From an uncultured Candidatus Actinomarina sp. (GTDB taxonomy: Bacteria > Actinomycetota > Acidimicrobiia > Actinomarinales > Actinomarinaceae): a DNA stretch of 64,000 nt. The DNA is taken from the NCBI GenBank assembly GCA_902534495.1, contig CACAQC010000001.1, positions 158,773-222,772 of the forward strand, read 5' to 3'. A program made the position numbers and the translations under genes. The notes below the pieces were generated by a model, which had not been told where the DNA came from, did no database searches, and saw only the letters and a program-made list of their open reading frames with translations. Positions 28,266-38,253 of this stretch are shown here, piece after piece (the stretch's first letter is position 1; the number at the start of each line of letters is the position of its first letter).

Positions 28266-29183
28266 ATGTTAGATCAATTAGGAAATGGTTTATTATTAGG
28301 AATTATTATCTCGGTAGCATCCGTTGCCCTATCTTTACTATATGGTGTAACTAGGATTGTTAATTTCGCTCACGGTGAAATAATTGCGTTGGGTGCAATT
28401 ATGACCTTATTTTTTTCTAGTCCCGTAGATTATAGAGTGCTCTTTTTAGAGAAATATTCACCATTAGGATATAATTTTGCCCTATCTTGTATTCTTGCAG
28501 TATTCGCTTGTGGGCTTTTCGGTGCCTTATTAGAAATTTGTCTTTTTCGACCTTTAAGAAAGGGTAATGTTGGAAATATTGCTGTACTGGTTGTAACAAT
28601 TGGACTCTCAATATTTATAAGACATTTGTATCTTTTATTTGCAACAGGAAAGGTGCAGGATTTTCCGCTTGAACTTCAGAGAAGACAAACATATTTATTT
28701 TTTGACATGACTCCAAGAAACTTAAATGTTCTTATCGCCGGAATTGTCGTAATGTTAATATTTGGCTTTCTACTCACTTATACACGATTAGGTAAGGCGA
28801 TGAGAGCGGTAAGAGATTCTGAGGAGCTATCAAGCGTTTCAGGCATAAATTCTGACAATATTATTTTGATAACATGGATTTCATCTAGCATGCTTGCTGG
28901 TCTCGCAGGAATATTTCAAGCAATCATTAATGATGTCAGGTGGAACATGGGTTTTCTAATACTTCTACTAATTTTTGCTGGAACTGTTCTAGGAGGGATT
29001 GGAACATCTTTCGGAGCAATGGTTGGAGGCTTCCTGATTGGGATTTTAGTCCAAGTTTCAGTAGGTCTTCCATTTATGGAAGGGCACACTGAAGCTAAAA
29101 ATGCTGTTGCTCTTGGAATTATGATTTTAATTTTACTTTTTAGACCACAGGGAATTTTTGGACAAAAAGAAAGAATCTCATGA
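28266..29183 (+). CDS. livH: Branched-chain/hydrophobic amino-acid ABC transporter permease (LivH family)
   Basis: 305 aa, multi-TM. Conserved LGKAMRAVRDSEE loop. Operon with livM, livG and livF. Confidence 0.88.
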   Translation: MLDQLGNGLLLGIIISVASVALSLLYGVTRIVNFAHGEIIALGAIMTLFFSSPVDYRVLFLEKYSPLGYNFALSCILAVFACGLFGALLEICLFRPLRKGNVGNIAVLVVTIGLSIFIRHLYLLFATGKVQDFPLELQRRQTYLFFDMTPRNLNVLIAGIVVMLIFGFLLTYTRLGKAMRAVRDSEELSSVSGINSDNIILITWISSSMLAGLAGIFQAIINDVRWNMGFLILLLIFAGTVLGGIGTSFGAMVGGFLIGILVQVSVGLPFMEGHTEAKNAVALGIMILILLFRPQGIFGQKERIS

Positions 29184-30235
29184 AAATTTCAAATAAATTT
29201 TTATTTGCTGTCTTCTTAACAGGGTTTTCAATTTATCTAGTATTTGCATTAAATCCTGAAGGTGCGTCAAGAATTTTATTAAACTTACTGACTTTTGCAG
29301 GCATTTATGGACTAAGTGCAATTGGTTTGAATGTTCATTTTGGTTGGACTGGATTATTAAATTTTGGGCATGCCTCTTTTATGGGTGTTGGTGCGTATGT
29401 TACCCTTCTATTAATGCCTCACGCGGCTGGTAGAGAAGGAGAAATTACTTCCACTGGTCTCCCATTTATTTTTGCTTTAATAATTGGAATTTTGTCTGCT
29501 GCTTTGTTTGGACTTCTTCTCGGCTTACCAGCTATTAGATTGCGTGGTGACTACTTAGCAATTGTAACTATTGCAGCAGCGGAAATATTTAGACTACTTG
29601 TCAGAGACCTAGAGTCAATTACAGGTGGCGTTTATGGAATTATAAATTACACAGAAAATTTACAACAATACCGACCAAATTTTATTAATAATTTTTCAGA
29701 AAGTTTTGGATTTTCACCTTCTCAAGCTTGGGTTTGTTTACTTGCCTGGGTTTCAATATTTTTTACAGTTATTTTTTTAAAACGTTTGAATAATTCTCCA
29801 TGGGGAAGAGCTTTAAGAGCTGTTAGAGAAGACGAAGATGCAGTAAGGGCTATGGGTAAAAACGCAGTATGGCTTAAACTACAGAGCTTTATGTTGGGAG
29901 CAGGAATTGCAGGATTATCAGGAGTTTTTCTCGCATTTAATTATGGATCATTAGAAACTACAGTTTTTGTGCCTCTACTTACATTTTATGTATGGGCAAT
30001 TATGATTCTTGGAGGAGTAGGTACCATTACTGGACCTATATTCGGTTCAATAATTTTTTGGGTCATTATTTCTGAAACGGACCGACTAGCATTTATTTTA
30101 TTTGAAAATGCAAATGGCCAACAATTAGCAGGTGTAAGATTTCTTCTTGTTGGTTTGTTGATAATGGTACTAATGATTTTTAGACCGAGTGGGTTGTTAG
30201 GCAAGAAAGAAGAGTTACTTTTAGATGTCAAATAG
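29180..30235 (+). CDS. livM: Branched-chain/hydrophobic amino-acid ABC transporter permease (LivM family)
   Basis: 351 aa. Motifs GLLNFGHASFMGVGAY and WGRALRAVREDEDA. Confidence 0.88.
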   Translation: MKISNKFLFAVFLTGFSIYLVFALNPEGASRILLNLLTFAGIYGLSAIGLNVHFGWTGLLNFGHASFMGVGAYVTLLLMPHAAGREGEITSTGLPFIFALIIGILSAALFGLLLGLPAIRLRGDYLAIVTIAAAEIFRLLVRDLESITGGVYGIINYTENLQQYRPNFINNFSESFGFSPSQAWVCLLAWVSIFFTVIFLKRLNNSPWGRALRAVREDEDAVRAMGKNAVWLKLQSFMLGAGIAGLSGVFLAFNYGSLETTVFVPLLTFYVWAIMILGGVGTITGPIFGSIIFWVIISETDRLAFILFENANGQQLAGVRFLLVGLLIMVLMIFRPSGLLGKKEELLLDVK

Positions 30236-30995
30236 CCTTATTGAAGTAAAAAATTTGAAAAAAACCTTCGGAGGTATAACAGCAGTCGACATCAAAGAGT
30301 TAGGATTTAACAAGGGTGAGTTAACTTCAATTATTGGCCCAAACGGCGCTGGTAAAACTACATTTTTTGATTTGATATCAGGTTTTCAAAATTCTGACAG
30401 TGGTGATATTTATTTAAAAGATAAAGATGTCTCTAATTCTCAACCTTACAAAATTGCAAGAATGGGAATGGTAAGAACTTTTCAGCTTACAAAAGTTTTT
30501 GACAGGATGACAGTTTTAGAAAATTTACTATTTTCTGGATCAGAAGTAAATAATGACTCTTTAATTAAATCTGTAATTAAATCAAAATCTCAAAGAAAAT
30601 ACGAAGAAAATCTGAAAGACAAAGCTAAAAATATACTGGAAGAACTAAATATTTTGCATATGGCAGATTCTTATGCAAGAGAACTTTCTGGTGGTCAAAA
30701 AAAATTACTTGAATTAGCAAGGTCAATTATTAATGAACCCGAAATACTGTTATTAGACGAACCACTAGCTGGAGTAAACCCAAAATTAGCTGATGATATT
30801 TTGTCGCTTATAAAAAAACTTTCAAATGAGGGTATAACAATTTTAATGGTTGAACACAATATTGAAGCAGTAATGAAAATTTCTGAAAGAATTGTCGTTC
30901 TAGCTGAGGGATCGCTAATTGCAGATGGAAACCCAAATGAAATTAGAACAGATAGAAATGTAATAGAAGCATATTTAGGAAAAGATAATGACTAA
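30225..30995 (+). CDS. livG: Amino-acid ABC transporter ATP-binding protein (LivG family)
   Basis: Walker A GPNGAGKTT, signature LSGGQKKLLELAR and C-terminal VIEAYLG. Confidence 0.9.
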   Translation: MSNSLIEVKNLKKTFGGITAVDIKELGFNKGELTSIIGPNGAGKTTFFDLISGFQNSDSGDIYLKDKDVSNSQPYKIARMGMVRTFQLTKVFDRMTVLENLLFSGSEVNNDSLIKSVIKSKSQRKYEENLKDKAKNILEELNILHMADSYARELSGGQKKLLELARSIINEPEILLLDEPLAGVNPKLADDILSLIKKLSNEGITILMVEHNIEAVMKISERIVVLAEGSLIADGNPNEIRTDRNVIEAYLGKDND

Positions 30996-31704
30996 ACCAA
31001 TATTGGAATGTAACGGTATCGCTGCAGGTTACGTAAAAGGATTAAACATTTTACAAGGAGTAGATTTAGTAGTTAATGAAGGTGAAATAGTTTCAATAAT
31101 TGGACCTAATGGAGCAGGTAAGTCCACTTTATTAAAAGCAATCATGAGTTTAATAAAAGTATCCGCTGGGAGATTCTATGTAAATGGAGAAGAAAAAACA
31201 AACCTATCTACTCATAGAATTGTTATGGAAGGAATAGGCTATGTTCCACAAGTAGCAAATATTTTCCCATCCTTAACTATTCACGAAAATTTAGAGATAG
31301 GGTCATGGAGTATTAAAAGAAATAAAAAAGAAGCACTCACAAAAATTTATAATGACTTTCCAATGTTGGGAGATAGAAAAAAAGATAAAGCAGGCAATCT
31401 CTCTGGGGGACAAAGACAAATTTTAGCATTAGCAAGAGCATTGATTACTTCTCCATCTCTATTATTACTCGACGAACCTTCAGCAGGCTTATCTCCGGTA
31501 GCAATTAATGAGGTTTTTACGTCTATAAAAGAAATAAACACTTCTGGAGTTTCAATTCTTTTAGTTGAGCAAAATGCAAAAAGAGCACTTTCTTTTAGTG
31601 ACAGAGGATATGTTCTTGACCAGGGTCGCAATGCGTATCAAGGAAAAGGCGAAGAGCTGCTAAACGATTCTAGAGTAATAGACTTATATTTAGGAAAACT
31701 ATAA
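30988..31704 (+). CDS. livF: Amino-acid ABC transporter ATP-binding protein (LivF family)
   Basis: Walker A GPNGAGKST, signature LSGGQRQILALAR and C-terminal YLG. Confidence 0.9.
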   Translation: MTKPILECNGIAAGYVKGLNILQGVDLVVNEGEIVSIIGPNGAGKSTLLKAIMSLIKVSAGRFYVNGEEKTNLSTHRIVMEGIGYVPQVANIFPSLTIHENLEIGSWSIKRNKKEALTKIYNDFPMLGDRKKDKAGNLSGGQRQILALARALITSPSLLLLDEPSAGLSPVAINEVFTSIKEINTSGVSILLVEQNAKRALSFSDRGYVLDQGRNAYQGKGEELLNDSRVIDLYLGKL

Positions 31705-31736
31705 AAAAAAGGCCTGATTACTCAGGCCTTTTTTCA
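31703..31736. terminator. Bidirectional rho-independent terminator
   Basis: A-tract, then AGGCCTGA-TTAC-TCAGGCCT, then T-tract. It lies between convergent livF and the binding-protein gene. Confidence 0.75.
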
Positions 31737-31750
31737 AATCTAATTAAAGA

Positions 31751-33070
31751 TTACGAACCGAAATCTACTGATTTAAGAACAGGGTTAGTATCACCCTCAG
31801 TTGTCCAAATATCGTAAGTAGCTGCTGTTGGATCACCAACTGCATTTAATTCGATTTCACCAGATGCACCAACATAGTCAACATCTACACCGTCAGCTGC
31901 AAGTGCAATACATGCAACTCCGATACATTTTTCACCACCAGATGATGCAGCAACTAAACCAGAAGCAATTTCTGGACCAGTTACACCATTAGCAGCTGCT
32001 GATATTGCCATGAGCATTACAGCATCATAAGCTTGTGGAGCAAAGATGAAAGTTGGAGAACCATCTGCAGAAACTTCTGCGTAGGCCGCTTCAAATGCAT
32101 CTTTTGCTTCACCTGCTGCGGAACCAGGTGCTGTTCCCTTGAATCCATCAAGTGCAGTTCCTAGACCACATAGTGATGCAAGACCAGCATCTTTGACACC
32201 GTCAGTCATGTACCAAGGAGTGTCAAGAAGACCTTGTTCGAACGCAGGTTGAAGAACACCACAACCAGTTTCTGGGAATAAAATTCCCACAATTGCATCA
32301 GCACCACCTTTACCGACAGCAGTTACTTCAGAAGTAAATTCTGATGCATCTGTTGCGTGGTAAACAATTGTCTTAACTGTTCCACCAGCTGCTTCAAAAG
32401 CTGCAGCAGTAGCTTCAGCAAGACCTCTACCATAAGAGTCTGCTCTTGAAATTATAGAAACTGTTTGTACTCCATCTTCAACTAAGAGTGATGCTAAAAC
32501 ATCACCTTGAAGAAGATCTGATGGAGCAGTTCTTGCATAAAATCCTTTTTTATCAATCTTTGTAAATTGAGGACTTGTATTTGATGGAGATACCATTACA
32601 ACTTCAGCTGCAATTGCTGTGTCAAGTATTGCAAGAGAAGTACCACTACATGCGGCTCCCATTACACCTTGTGCACCTTGTGCGATTACATCATTTAAAC
32701 TTGTAAGAGCTACAGCTCCATCACAACCACTATCACCTTCAATAAGCTGAACTGGTTGTCCATTTATACCGCCAGCGGCATTGATTTGCTCAACAGCAAG
32801 AGCTGCGCCCAGTGCAATACCAGGTCCTAACGATGCAAGGTCACCAGATAAAGGCATTAGAGATGCCAAAATTAACGGATCACTAGCAGGCGCAGGAGCA
32901 GCTGTAGTTGTAGGGGCTTCAGTAGTTGCTGGTGCTTCAGTTGTTTCAACTTCCACAACAGCTTCGTCACTTCCACCATCACTACCGCCACAAGCTGCAG
33001 CAACAAGTGCTAAAATCGCAATCAAAGCCAAAGCTTTGCGATTCTTCATATATAATTTCCTTTCAGTCAC
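31751..33070 (-). CDS. LivJ/LivK-type (type 1 periplasmic binding fold) ABC substrate-binding lipoprotein
   Basis: Lipobox AAAC followed by a GGSD/Thr-Ala-Pro linker. 439 aa, Ala/Gly-rich. Convergent with livHMGF. Confidence 0.88.
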   Translation of the reverse strand: MTERKLYMKNRKALALIAILALVAAACGGSDGGSDEAVVEVETTEAPATTEAPTTTAAPAPASDPLILASLMPLSGDLASLGPGIALGAALAVEQINAAGGINGQPVQLIEGDSGCDGAVALTSLNDVIAQGAQGVMGAACSGTSLAILDTAIAAEVVMVSPSNTSPQFTKIDKKGFYARTAPSDLLQGDVLASLLVEDGVQTVSIISRADSYGRGLAEATAAAFEAAGGTVKTIVYHATDASEFTSEVTAVGKGGADAIVGILFPETGCGVLQPAFEQGLLDTPWYMTDGVKDAGLASLCGLGTALDGFKGTAPGSAAGEAKDAFEAAYAEVSADGSPTFIFAPQAYDAVMLMAISAAANGVTGPEIASGLVAASSGGEKCIGVACIALAADGVDVDYVGASGEIELNAVGDPTAATYDIWTTEGDTNPVLKSVDFGS

Positions 33071-33166
33071 TGAAATTAAAAAAACCTACTTAATTTGTAG
33101 GAATTCTTAAACAATAGCGGAAATTTAGTACTATTCAATAGCAGAGTTAAATAATTTAATCAAAAT

Positions 33167-34180
33167 ATGAATAACGCAATTGAAACCTTACTTTTAAGCC
33201 TAAGAAATATTGAATATATTGAATTATTTGTTTACATTTTTATAGTATTTTTTGTAATTAATGGTTGGAAGAAAGGCTTTCTTCTTCAATTCTTTTATCT
33301 AATGGTTTTACTAATCTCAATTGCATTAAGTTTTAGATATTCAGATCAAGTTGGTTCTTATATAAGTAGTTGGTTTAACTCAAATATTCAATTATCTGAA
33401 ATATTTGGTGGGGTATTAATTTTTATCACTGTATTAACCGTGTCATCTTTTTTTCAAAATTTTTTAGCAAACAATAAAAAACAAAGAGACGTAGGCAATA
33501 AGCTTCTTGGAGGATTTGTATCGTTATTAGTAAGTAATTTAATTCTTACTCTCATATTTACAATTACATCAATCATCTCAGTTCCACAATTCTTTGAAGA
33601 CACCATTGAAAATTCAAATCTAGTCTCTTTTTATACTGATACCAGCGGTACGCCACAACAGGCACTTGAGCTAATAACTGGTACTGATCTTATAAAGGTA
33701 GTATCTAGGATTAAAGATCTTACGGGAAAATCTTCAGTAGTAGTTGGTGAACAAGGATGTATAGAAATTCCTAAATATTCTCTGTCTAATTTATCAAATA
33801 ATAACGAACAAAAGGATGAGTTGTACGCACTGTTGTTAACTGAGAGAAGCAATCAAAATTTAGCACCTCTTGAATTAAGTGAAAAATTGTCAGACATAGC
33901 ACTTAACTATGCATATACAATGTATCAAGATGGATTCTGGTGTCATAAGAATCCAAAAAATGGTGAACTTGTTGATGATAGGCTGTCAAAACAAGGATTT
34001 CCGTATATTGATATTGGTGAAAACCTTGCTCTTTCCTCCTCAGTAAGGTCTGGTCACATTAGTCTTATGAATTCAGAATCGCACAAGAATACAATATTAG
34101 ATAATGAATTTAAGCGAGTTGGAATTGGTATTGTCTCTGGACCCTTAGGACTTATTATTGTCCAAATTTTCTCGTCATGA
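33167..34180 (+). CDS. CvpA-family membrane domain fused to an extracytoplasmic CAP/SCP (YkwD-like) domain
   Basis: N-terminal 4 TM helices of CvpA type. The C-terminus has CAP hallmarks: GENLA, SGHISLMNSESHKNTIL and FKRVGIGIV. Confidence 0.7.
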   Translation: MNNAIETLLLSLRNIEYIELFVYIFIVFFVINGWKKGFLLQFFYLMVLLISIALSFRYSDQVGSYISSWFNSNIQLSEIFGGVLIFITVLTVSSFFQNFLANNKKQRDVGNKLLGGFVSLLVSNLILTLIFTITSIISVPQFFEDTIENSNLVSFYTDTSGTPQQALELITGTDLIKVVSRIKDLTGKSSVVVGEQGCIEIPKYSLSNLSNNNEQKDELYALLLTERSNQNLAPLELSEKLSDIALNYAYTMYQDGFWCHKNPKNGELVDDRLSKQGFPYIDIGENLALSSSVRSGHISLMNSESHKNTILDNEFKRVGIGIVSGPLGLIIVQIFSS

Positions 34181-34476
34181 ATATTGCGATCCCTGAATTA
34201 ATATCTCAAATTATAGAAGGCTTAAAAAATTATTTCGAAGTGACTCAAATTCAAGTGAAAGAAAATTTTTATGATGAATTAATGATTATATTGAGTACGG
34301 AGCTTGCCAAACCATTTAATGAGCAAATTTACACACCTACTCAGATGTTGAATGATTATATTAAAAATAAATTAAATAAGGACATAAAAATTACACCACA
34401 TAATTTAGGTACTGAGGTCAATACTACTCTTATTTTGTGGGGTATAGAAAAAGCAAAGTTTTTTAATGAAAAATGA
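34177..34476 (+). CDS. Hypothetical protein
   Basis: 99 aa. Overlaps both neighbours (ATGA with the upstream gene, 11 nt with the MATE gene), suggesting translational coupling. No recognisable family. Confidence 0.4.
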   Translation: MNIAIPELISQIIEGLKNYFEVTQIQVKENFYDELMIILSTELAKPFNEQIYTPTQMLNDYIKNKLNKDIKITPHNLGTEVNTTLILWGIEKAKFFNEK

Positions 34477-35755
34477 ATTCGAAAAAAAAGAAGTCTGGCT
34501 CAATTCATACCCTATTTTTTTGTGGCTAGTTTCTGAACCATTAGTAGGTTTAATCGACTCAAAAATTGCCAGTTATATTGATATCGATGTTCTATCTGCA
34601 GTCGGTATAGGAGAAACTATATATTTTGTATTCATTTGGATTTTTATTTTTTTAGCATACGGCACAACCCCATATGTTTCTAGCTTGCAGGCAACAAAAC
34701 AAATAGATAAATTAAATTACTTTATATCATTTGGTAGAAAATCTTCTCTACTTATCGGAATAGTATCTGCAGGATTATTAATTTTTGTTTCATCGCAGTT
34801 AATTAATTTTTTTGAACCGACTCCCAATGTTTCTTCTAAAGCTGTTTCATATCTCATGTTACGTAGTTTAGGATTACCGTTTTATTTACTTAACATGCAT
34901 TCAACAGCAGTTCTGAGAGGAATGAAATATCCAAAAATTACACTTTATTCTTCTGTAATTGTTGGAGTATCAAATGTGGTATTAAGCTACTTTTTAGGAA
35001 TAGTTTTAAATTTTGGAATAACAGGCATAGCAGTTTCAAGCTCTATAGCATTTTTAATTAGTTCATTGTATTCAACAAAAGTATTGATTGATACTCAAAC
35101 TCAAACAACAAATTCTGTCATATCAGAAGAAAAAAAAGAAATAAGTAAAAAGTTTTTTAGCGTAGGTTTCTTTATTTTTATTAGATCAATGTTCCTTACA
35201 TTATTTATGGCTTATTTAAGAAATCGAGCCTCACTAATGTCAATGTCAGAGATTGCTTTGCAGCATGTATTATTACAACTTTGGTCCTTTGGATATGTTT
35301 TTGTTGACGCCCTAGCTATTGCAGCACAAACCTTAGTAGCAGAATACAAAGCAAAATTTATTTTGTATAAAAATTCAAAATTAAAAAAATATTTGAATAG
35401 TTTAACTTTAAAGATTGCTGTATTTCTTTTTATTATTTCATATATATTTCTTGAAAATATGGTTCTTTTAATTACAGATGCCTCTCTTGTCTCCATAATT
35501 GATGTTGAGCTTAAAATATTATTTGCATTAAGTCTTTTAATTGGAAGTTTTGCATTTTTGTGGGATGGTGTTTTGTTGGGATTAGACAAATCTAGACAGT
35601 TTTCAACTTTGACTGTTGTATCATCTATCTTTGGATTTTTATCTTGTGCATACCTTTTGACTCAAGATAATTCGCTTTCAAGTTTGTGGATTGGTCTAAA
35701 CGCTAGCTTACTGAGTAGGGCGTTGTTGGGTTATTATCACCAAATGGAGGATTAG
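34466..35755 (+). CDS. MATE-family efflux transporter (DinF-like)
   Basis: 429 aa, about 12 TM helices. N-terminal PIFLWLVSEPLVGLIDSKI is typical of MATE proteins. Confidence 0.78.
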   Translation: MKNEFEKKEVWLNSYPIFLWLVSEPLVGLIDSKIASYIDIDVLSAVGIGETIYFVFIWIFIFLAYGTTPYVSSLQATKQIDKLNYFISFGRKSSLLIGIVSAGLLIFVSSQLINFFEPTPNVSSKAVSYLMLRSLGLPFYLLNMHSTAVLRGMKYPKITLYSSVIVGVSNVVLSYFLGIVLNFGITGIAVSSSIAFLISSLYSTKVLIDTQTQTTNSVISEEKKEISKKFFSVGFFIFIRSMFLTLFMAYLRNRASLMSMSEIALQHVLLQLWSFGYVFVDALAIAAQTLVAEYKAKFILYKNSKLKKYLNSLTLKIAVFLFIISYIFLENMVLLITDASLVSIIDVELKILFALSLLIGSFAFLWDGVLLGLDKSRQFSTLTVVSSIFGFLSCAYLLTQDNSLSSLWIGLNASLLSRALLGYYHQMED

Positions 35756-36396
35756 TCTACAGCCTTTAGTATCGGTCGGTCCAGATAGTAACTTAGTATT
35801 TGTAATTCTTGGGATAAGTCAACTGACCTAATTTGAATGTCTTTAACATTCTTAAGAAGGACAGGAGCAAAGTTAAGTATCGATCTAACACCACAATTAA
35901 TTAATTGGTCTGCAACATTTTGGGCAAACTCTCCTGGAGTTGCAATAATACCTATTGCAACATTGAATTTATTACAATAATCTTCTAATTCACTTAAAGG
36001 TTTGATGACTAATCCTGCAACTTGGCTATTAATCTTTTTTGGATCGTCGTCAAACAACCCTACAACCCCGAAACCTTTATCCTTAAAACCTCCATAATGA
36101 GCTAATGCAGAACCAAGATTTCCTACACCAACAATTACAGCACTCCAACCTTCAACTAAACCAAGTTCTAATTGTAGCTGGTTTCTTAATGTTGAAATAT
36201 CATATCCTACACCTCGAGTACCAAGTGTGCCTAAATGTGAAAGATCTCTTCTAACTTGAGCATCATTAACTTTTGCTAATTCTGCAAGTTTTTTTGATGA
36301 AATGCCAATGTCGTTTGGATCAACCTGATCAAGACACTGAAGATAAATCGGTAATCTTTTTACCGTTGCAGGTGGAATTTTTTTATTTTCTTTCAC
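35752..36396 (-). CDS. rex: Redox-sensing transcriptional repressor Rex
   Basis: Winged-helix N-domain (KRLPIYLQCL, ISSKKLAE...QVRRDLSHLG), Rossmann motif VGVGNLGSAL and C-terminal ILNFAP. Confidence 0.92.
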   Translation of the reverse strand: MKENKKIPPATVKRLPIYLQCLDQVDPNDIGISSKKLAELAKVNDAQVRRDLSHLGTLGTRGVGYDISTLRNQLQLELGLVEGWSAVIVGVGNLGSALAHYGGFKDKGFGVVGLFDDDPKKINSQVAGLVIKPLSELEDYCNKFNVAIGIIATPGEFAQNVADQLINCGVRSILNFAPVLLKNVKDIQIRSVDLSQELQILSYYLDRPILKAVD

Positions 36397-36503
36397 TAAT
36401 GCACAATCTAATGAGATATGAAAATTATATGTAATTAAATTGAAATATTTATTGAGTTTATTTAGTTTATGATTGTGACAATTTCAATGTAAGTTATTAA
36501 ATA

Positions 36504-37769
36504 ATGGAAAAATACACAACATTATATGATGTTTTGATAATTGGAGCTGGTCCATCTGGCTCAAACGCAGCAATATCCTATAAAAACTTAAATCCAAATC
36601 TGAAAGTAGGCCTTATTGATAAATCTATATTTCCAAGGGATAAATCATGCGGTGATGCGATAGGACCAGGTGTAATTAGTGCTTTAAAAAGATTTAATAA
36701 CCAGCATATATTAGACAATGAACCTCAAGTTGTTTCAACAACTCTCTATGGACCTGAAAACATTGGAATACAAAATTATATTCCAGAAGTAAAAAATAAA
36801 GAAGATTCAATAGTTTATGTCATCCCACGGATTGATCTGGACAACAGAATATTAAATTTAGCAAAAGATTTAGATGTAGATGTATTTGAAGGTTATAGTT
36901 TCGTTTCGTTCGAAAAAGATTCGGACAATAAATTGATTGTAGAAATTAAAAATGGAGACAATATCACAAAACTCGGAGCAAAAATTTTGGTAGGCGCGGA
37001 TGGAGCAAATTCTAGAGTAAGAAAACAATTAAACGTAAATACCAACAGTGATTGGCATAAGGCAATAGCTATAAGGGCGTATATTGATAGTCCAAATTAT
37101 CTTGAAATTTTCAAAGAAAGAACTTTAATGTTCGAAATTAATGTTTCAGCTGAAAAGGGGTATGCCTGGGCTTTTCCAAGTAAAGGAAACTTATTAAATA
37201 TTGGAATTGGAGTGCCTTTAAATATCTTCAAAAAAGAGAAACTAGATATTAATGTTCTACTTCAAGACTTTATTACACAATTAACCAATAGAGGGGTAGT
37301 CGTAGAAAACATAAGAGATGAAAAATCGTATTTATTGCCGTTCGCATCATCAAGACCAAAATTTAAAAATGATATTAATGTTGCTTTAATTGGTGATGCA
37401 AGTTCAATGATCAATCCTATGAGCGGAGAAGGAATATTCTATGGAATGGAGGCCGGGTACCTACTTGCAAAAAATACATATAATTTAATAGATTCTCCAG
37501 ATCTAACAAAAGGAATTGCTGACTATGAAAAAGCTTTTTCAAAAAGATTTAGAAAGCATTATTTAAGTTGTGCATTAGCACGTCTTTTACTTCAAAGTCC
37601 TTTTATGACAAAAAGGCTGTTAAAAGTTGCTTCAAATGATCAGAACACAATTGATTTTGTTGTAGAACTTTTATTTGATGAAGCCTACTTAACATTTGGT
37701 GAGGTTATGAAGATTGTATACAAATTTTTACTTCCTTCAAAAGTCCTAATGTTGTTATCAAAAAACTGA
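36504..37769 (+). CDS. Geranylgeranyl-reductase-family FAD-dependent oxidoreductase (possibly menaquinone-side-chain reductase, MenJ-like)
   Basis: FAD motif DVLIIGAGPSGS, GADGANSRVR and GDASSMINPMSGEGI. Located directly upstream of nuo. Confidence 0.82.
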   Translation: MEKYTTLYDVLIIGAGPSGSNAAISYKNLNPNLKVGLIDKSIFPRDKSCGDAIGPGVISALKRFNNQHILDNEPQVVSTTLYGPENIGIQNYIPEVKNKEDSIVYVIPRIDLDNRILNLAKDLDVDVFEGYSFVSFEKDSDNKLIVEIKNGDNITKLGAKILVGADGANSRVRKQLNVNTNSDWHKAIAIRAYIDSPNYLEIFKERTLMFEINVSAEKGYAWAFPSKGNLLNIGIGVPLNIFKKEKLDINVLLQDFITQLTNRGVVVENIRDEKSYLLPFASSRPKFKNDINVALIGDASSMINPMSGEGIFYGMEAGYLLAKNTYNLIDSPDLTKGIADYEKAFSKRFRKHYLSCALARLLLQSPFMTKRLLKVASNDQNTIDFVVELLFDEAYLTFGEVMKIVYKFLLPSKVLMLLSKN

Positions 37770-37782
37770 TAGTCGACTGAAG

Positions 37783-37811
37783 TTAACATGATTTTGCTAG
37801 TAAAATATAAG
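37783..37811 (+). promoter_or_regulatory. Candidate nuo promoter (TTAACA-17 nt-TATAAG)
   Basis: Hexamers at 37783-37788 and 37806-37811 with a 17-nt spacer. The Rex box begins 7 nt downstream of the -10 element. Confidence 0.35.
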
Positions 37812-37817
37812 TAATGT

Positions 37818-37835
37818 TTGTGAAAAATTTCACAA
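37818..37835. promoter_or_regulatory. Rex operator (ROP)
   Basis: TTGTGAA-AAAT-TTCACAA is a perfect match to the published Rex consensus TTGTGAAnnnnTTCACAA, and 37817-37836 is a 20-nt perfect palindrome. It ends 13 nt upstream of the nuoA start, with rex encoded about 1.4 kb away. Confidence 0.82.
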
Positions 37836-37848
37836 ATAGGGAGGGAAC

Positions 37849-38253
37849 ATGATTGAATGGTTACCAATTTTGGTAATGTTTGTTGTTGCTGTTGGATTTG
37901 CACTAGTCTCACTAGGTGCTTCTTATTTATTATCTCCTAAAAAAGCAACTCCTGAAAAGTTAGCACCCTATGAATGTGGCATATTTCCTGAAGTAGAGCC
38001 ATCACAGAGATTTCCAGTTAAATTTTATATGGTTGCAATGTTATACATAGTTTTTGATATAGAAATAATATTTTTATTTGCATGGGCAACAAGATTTAAC
38101 GACCTTGGTTGGTATGGAATATTGGCAATTTCTATTTTTACTTTCTTTGTTCTTGAGACTTTGTATTACGTTTGGAAAAAAGGAGTACTCGACTGGAATA
38201 TTCCAAGAAGAGAACGTTATTTAAAGCAAGATATAAATAAAGAGGCTGCTTAA
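37849..38253 (+). CDS. nuoA: NADH-quinone oxidoreductase subunit A
   Basis: 134 aa, 3 TM helices. LAPYECG motif. GGGAGGGA SD. Confidence 0.93.
   Translation: MIEWLPILVMFVVAVGFALVSLGASYLLSPKKATPEKLAPYECGIFPEVEPSQRFPVKFYMVAMLYIVFDIEIIFLFAWATRFNDLGWYGILAISIFTFFVLETLYYVWKKGVLDWNIPRRERYLKQDINKEAA

Noticed and set aside
31751-33070. Horizontal transfer as the explanation for the GC-rich binding-protein gene.
   Set aside because: All three binding-protein genes in the window show the same bias, while their cognate permease and ATPase genes do not. The enrichment tracks Ala/Gly-rich protein composition, and there are no mobility signatures.
36473-36489. Possible second Rex box (TTGTGACAATTTCAATG) in the rex/reductase divergent spacer.
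   Set aside because: Only the left half-site matches well. The right half is degenerate (TTCAATG against TTCACAA) and the spacing is off by one. It is kept as a weak possibility, not a feature.
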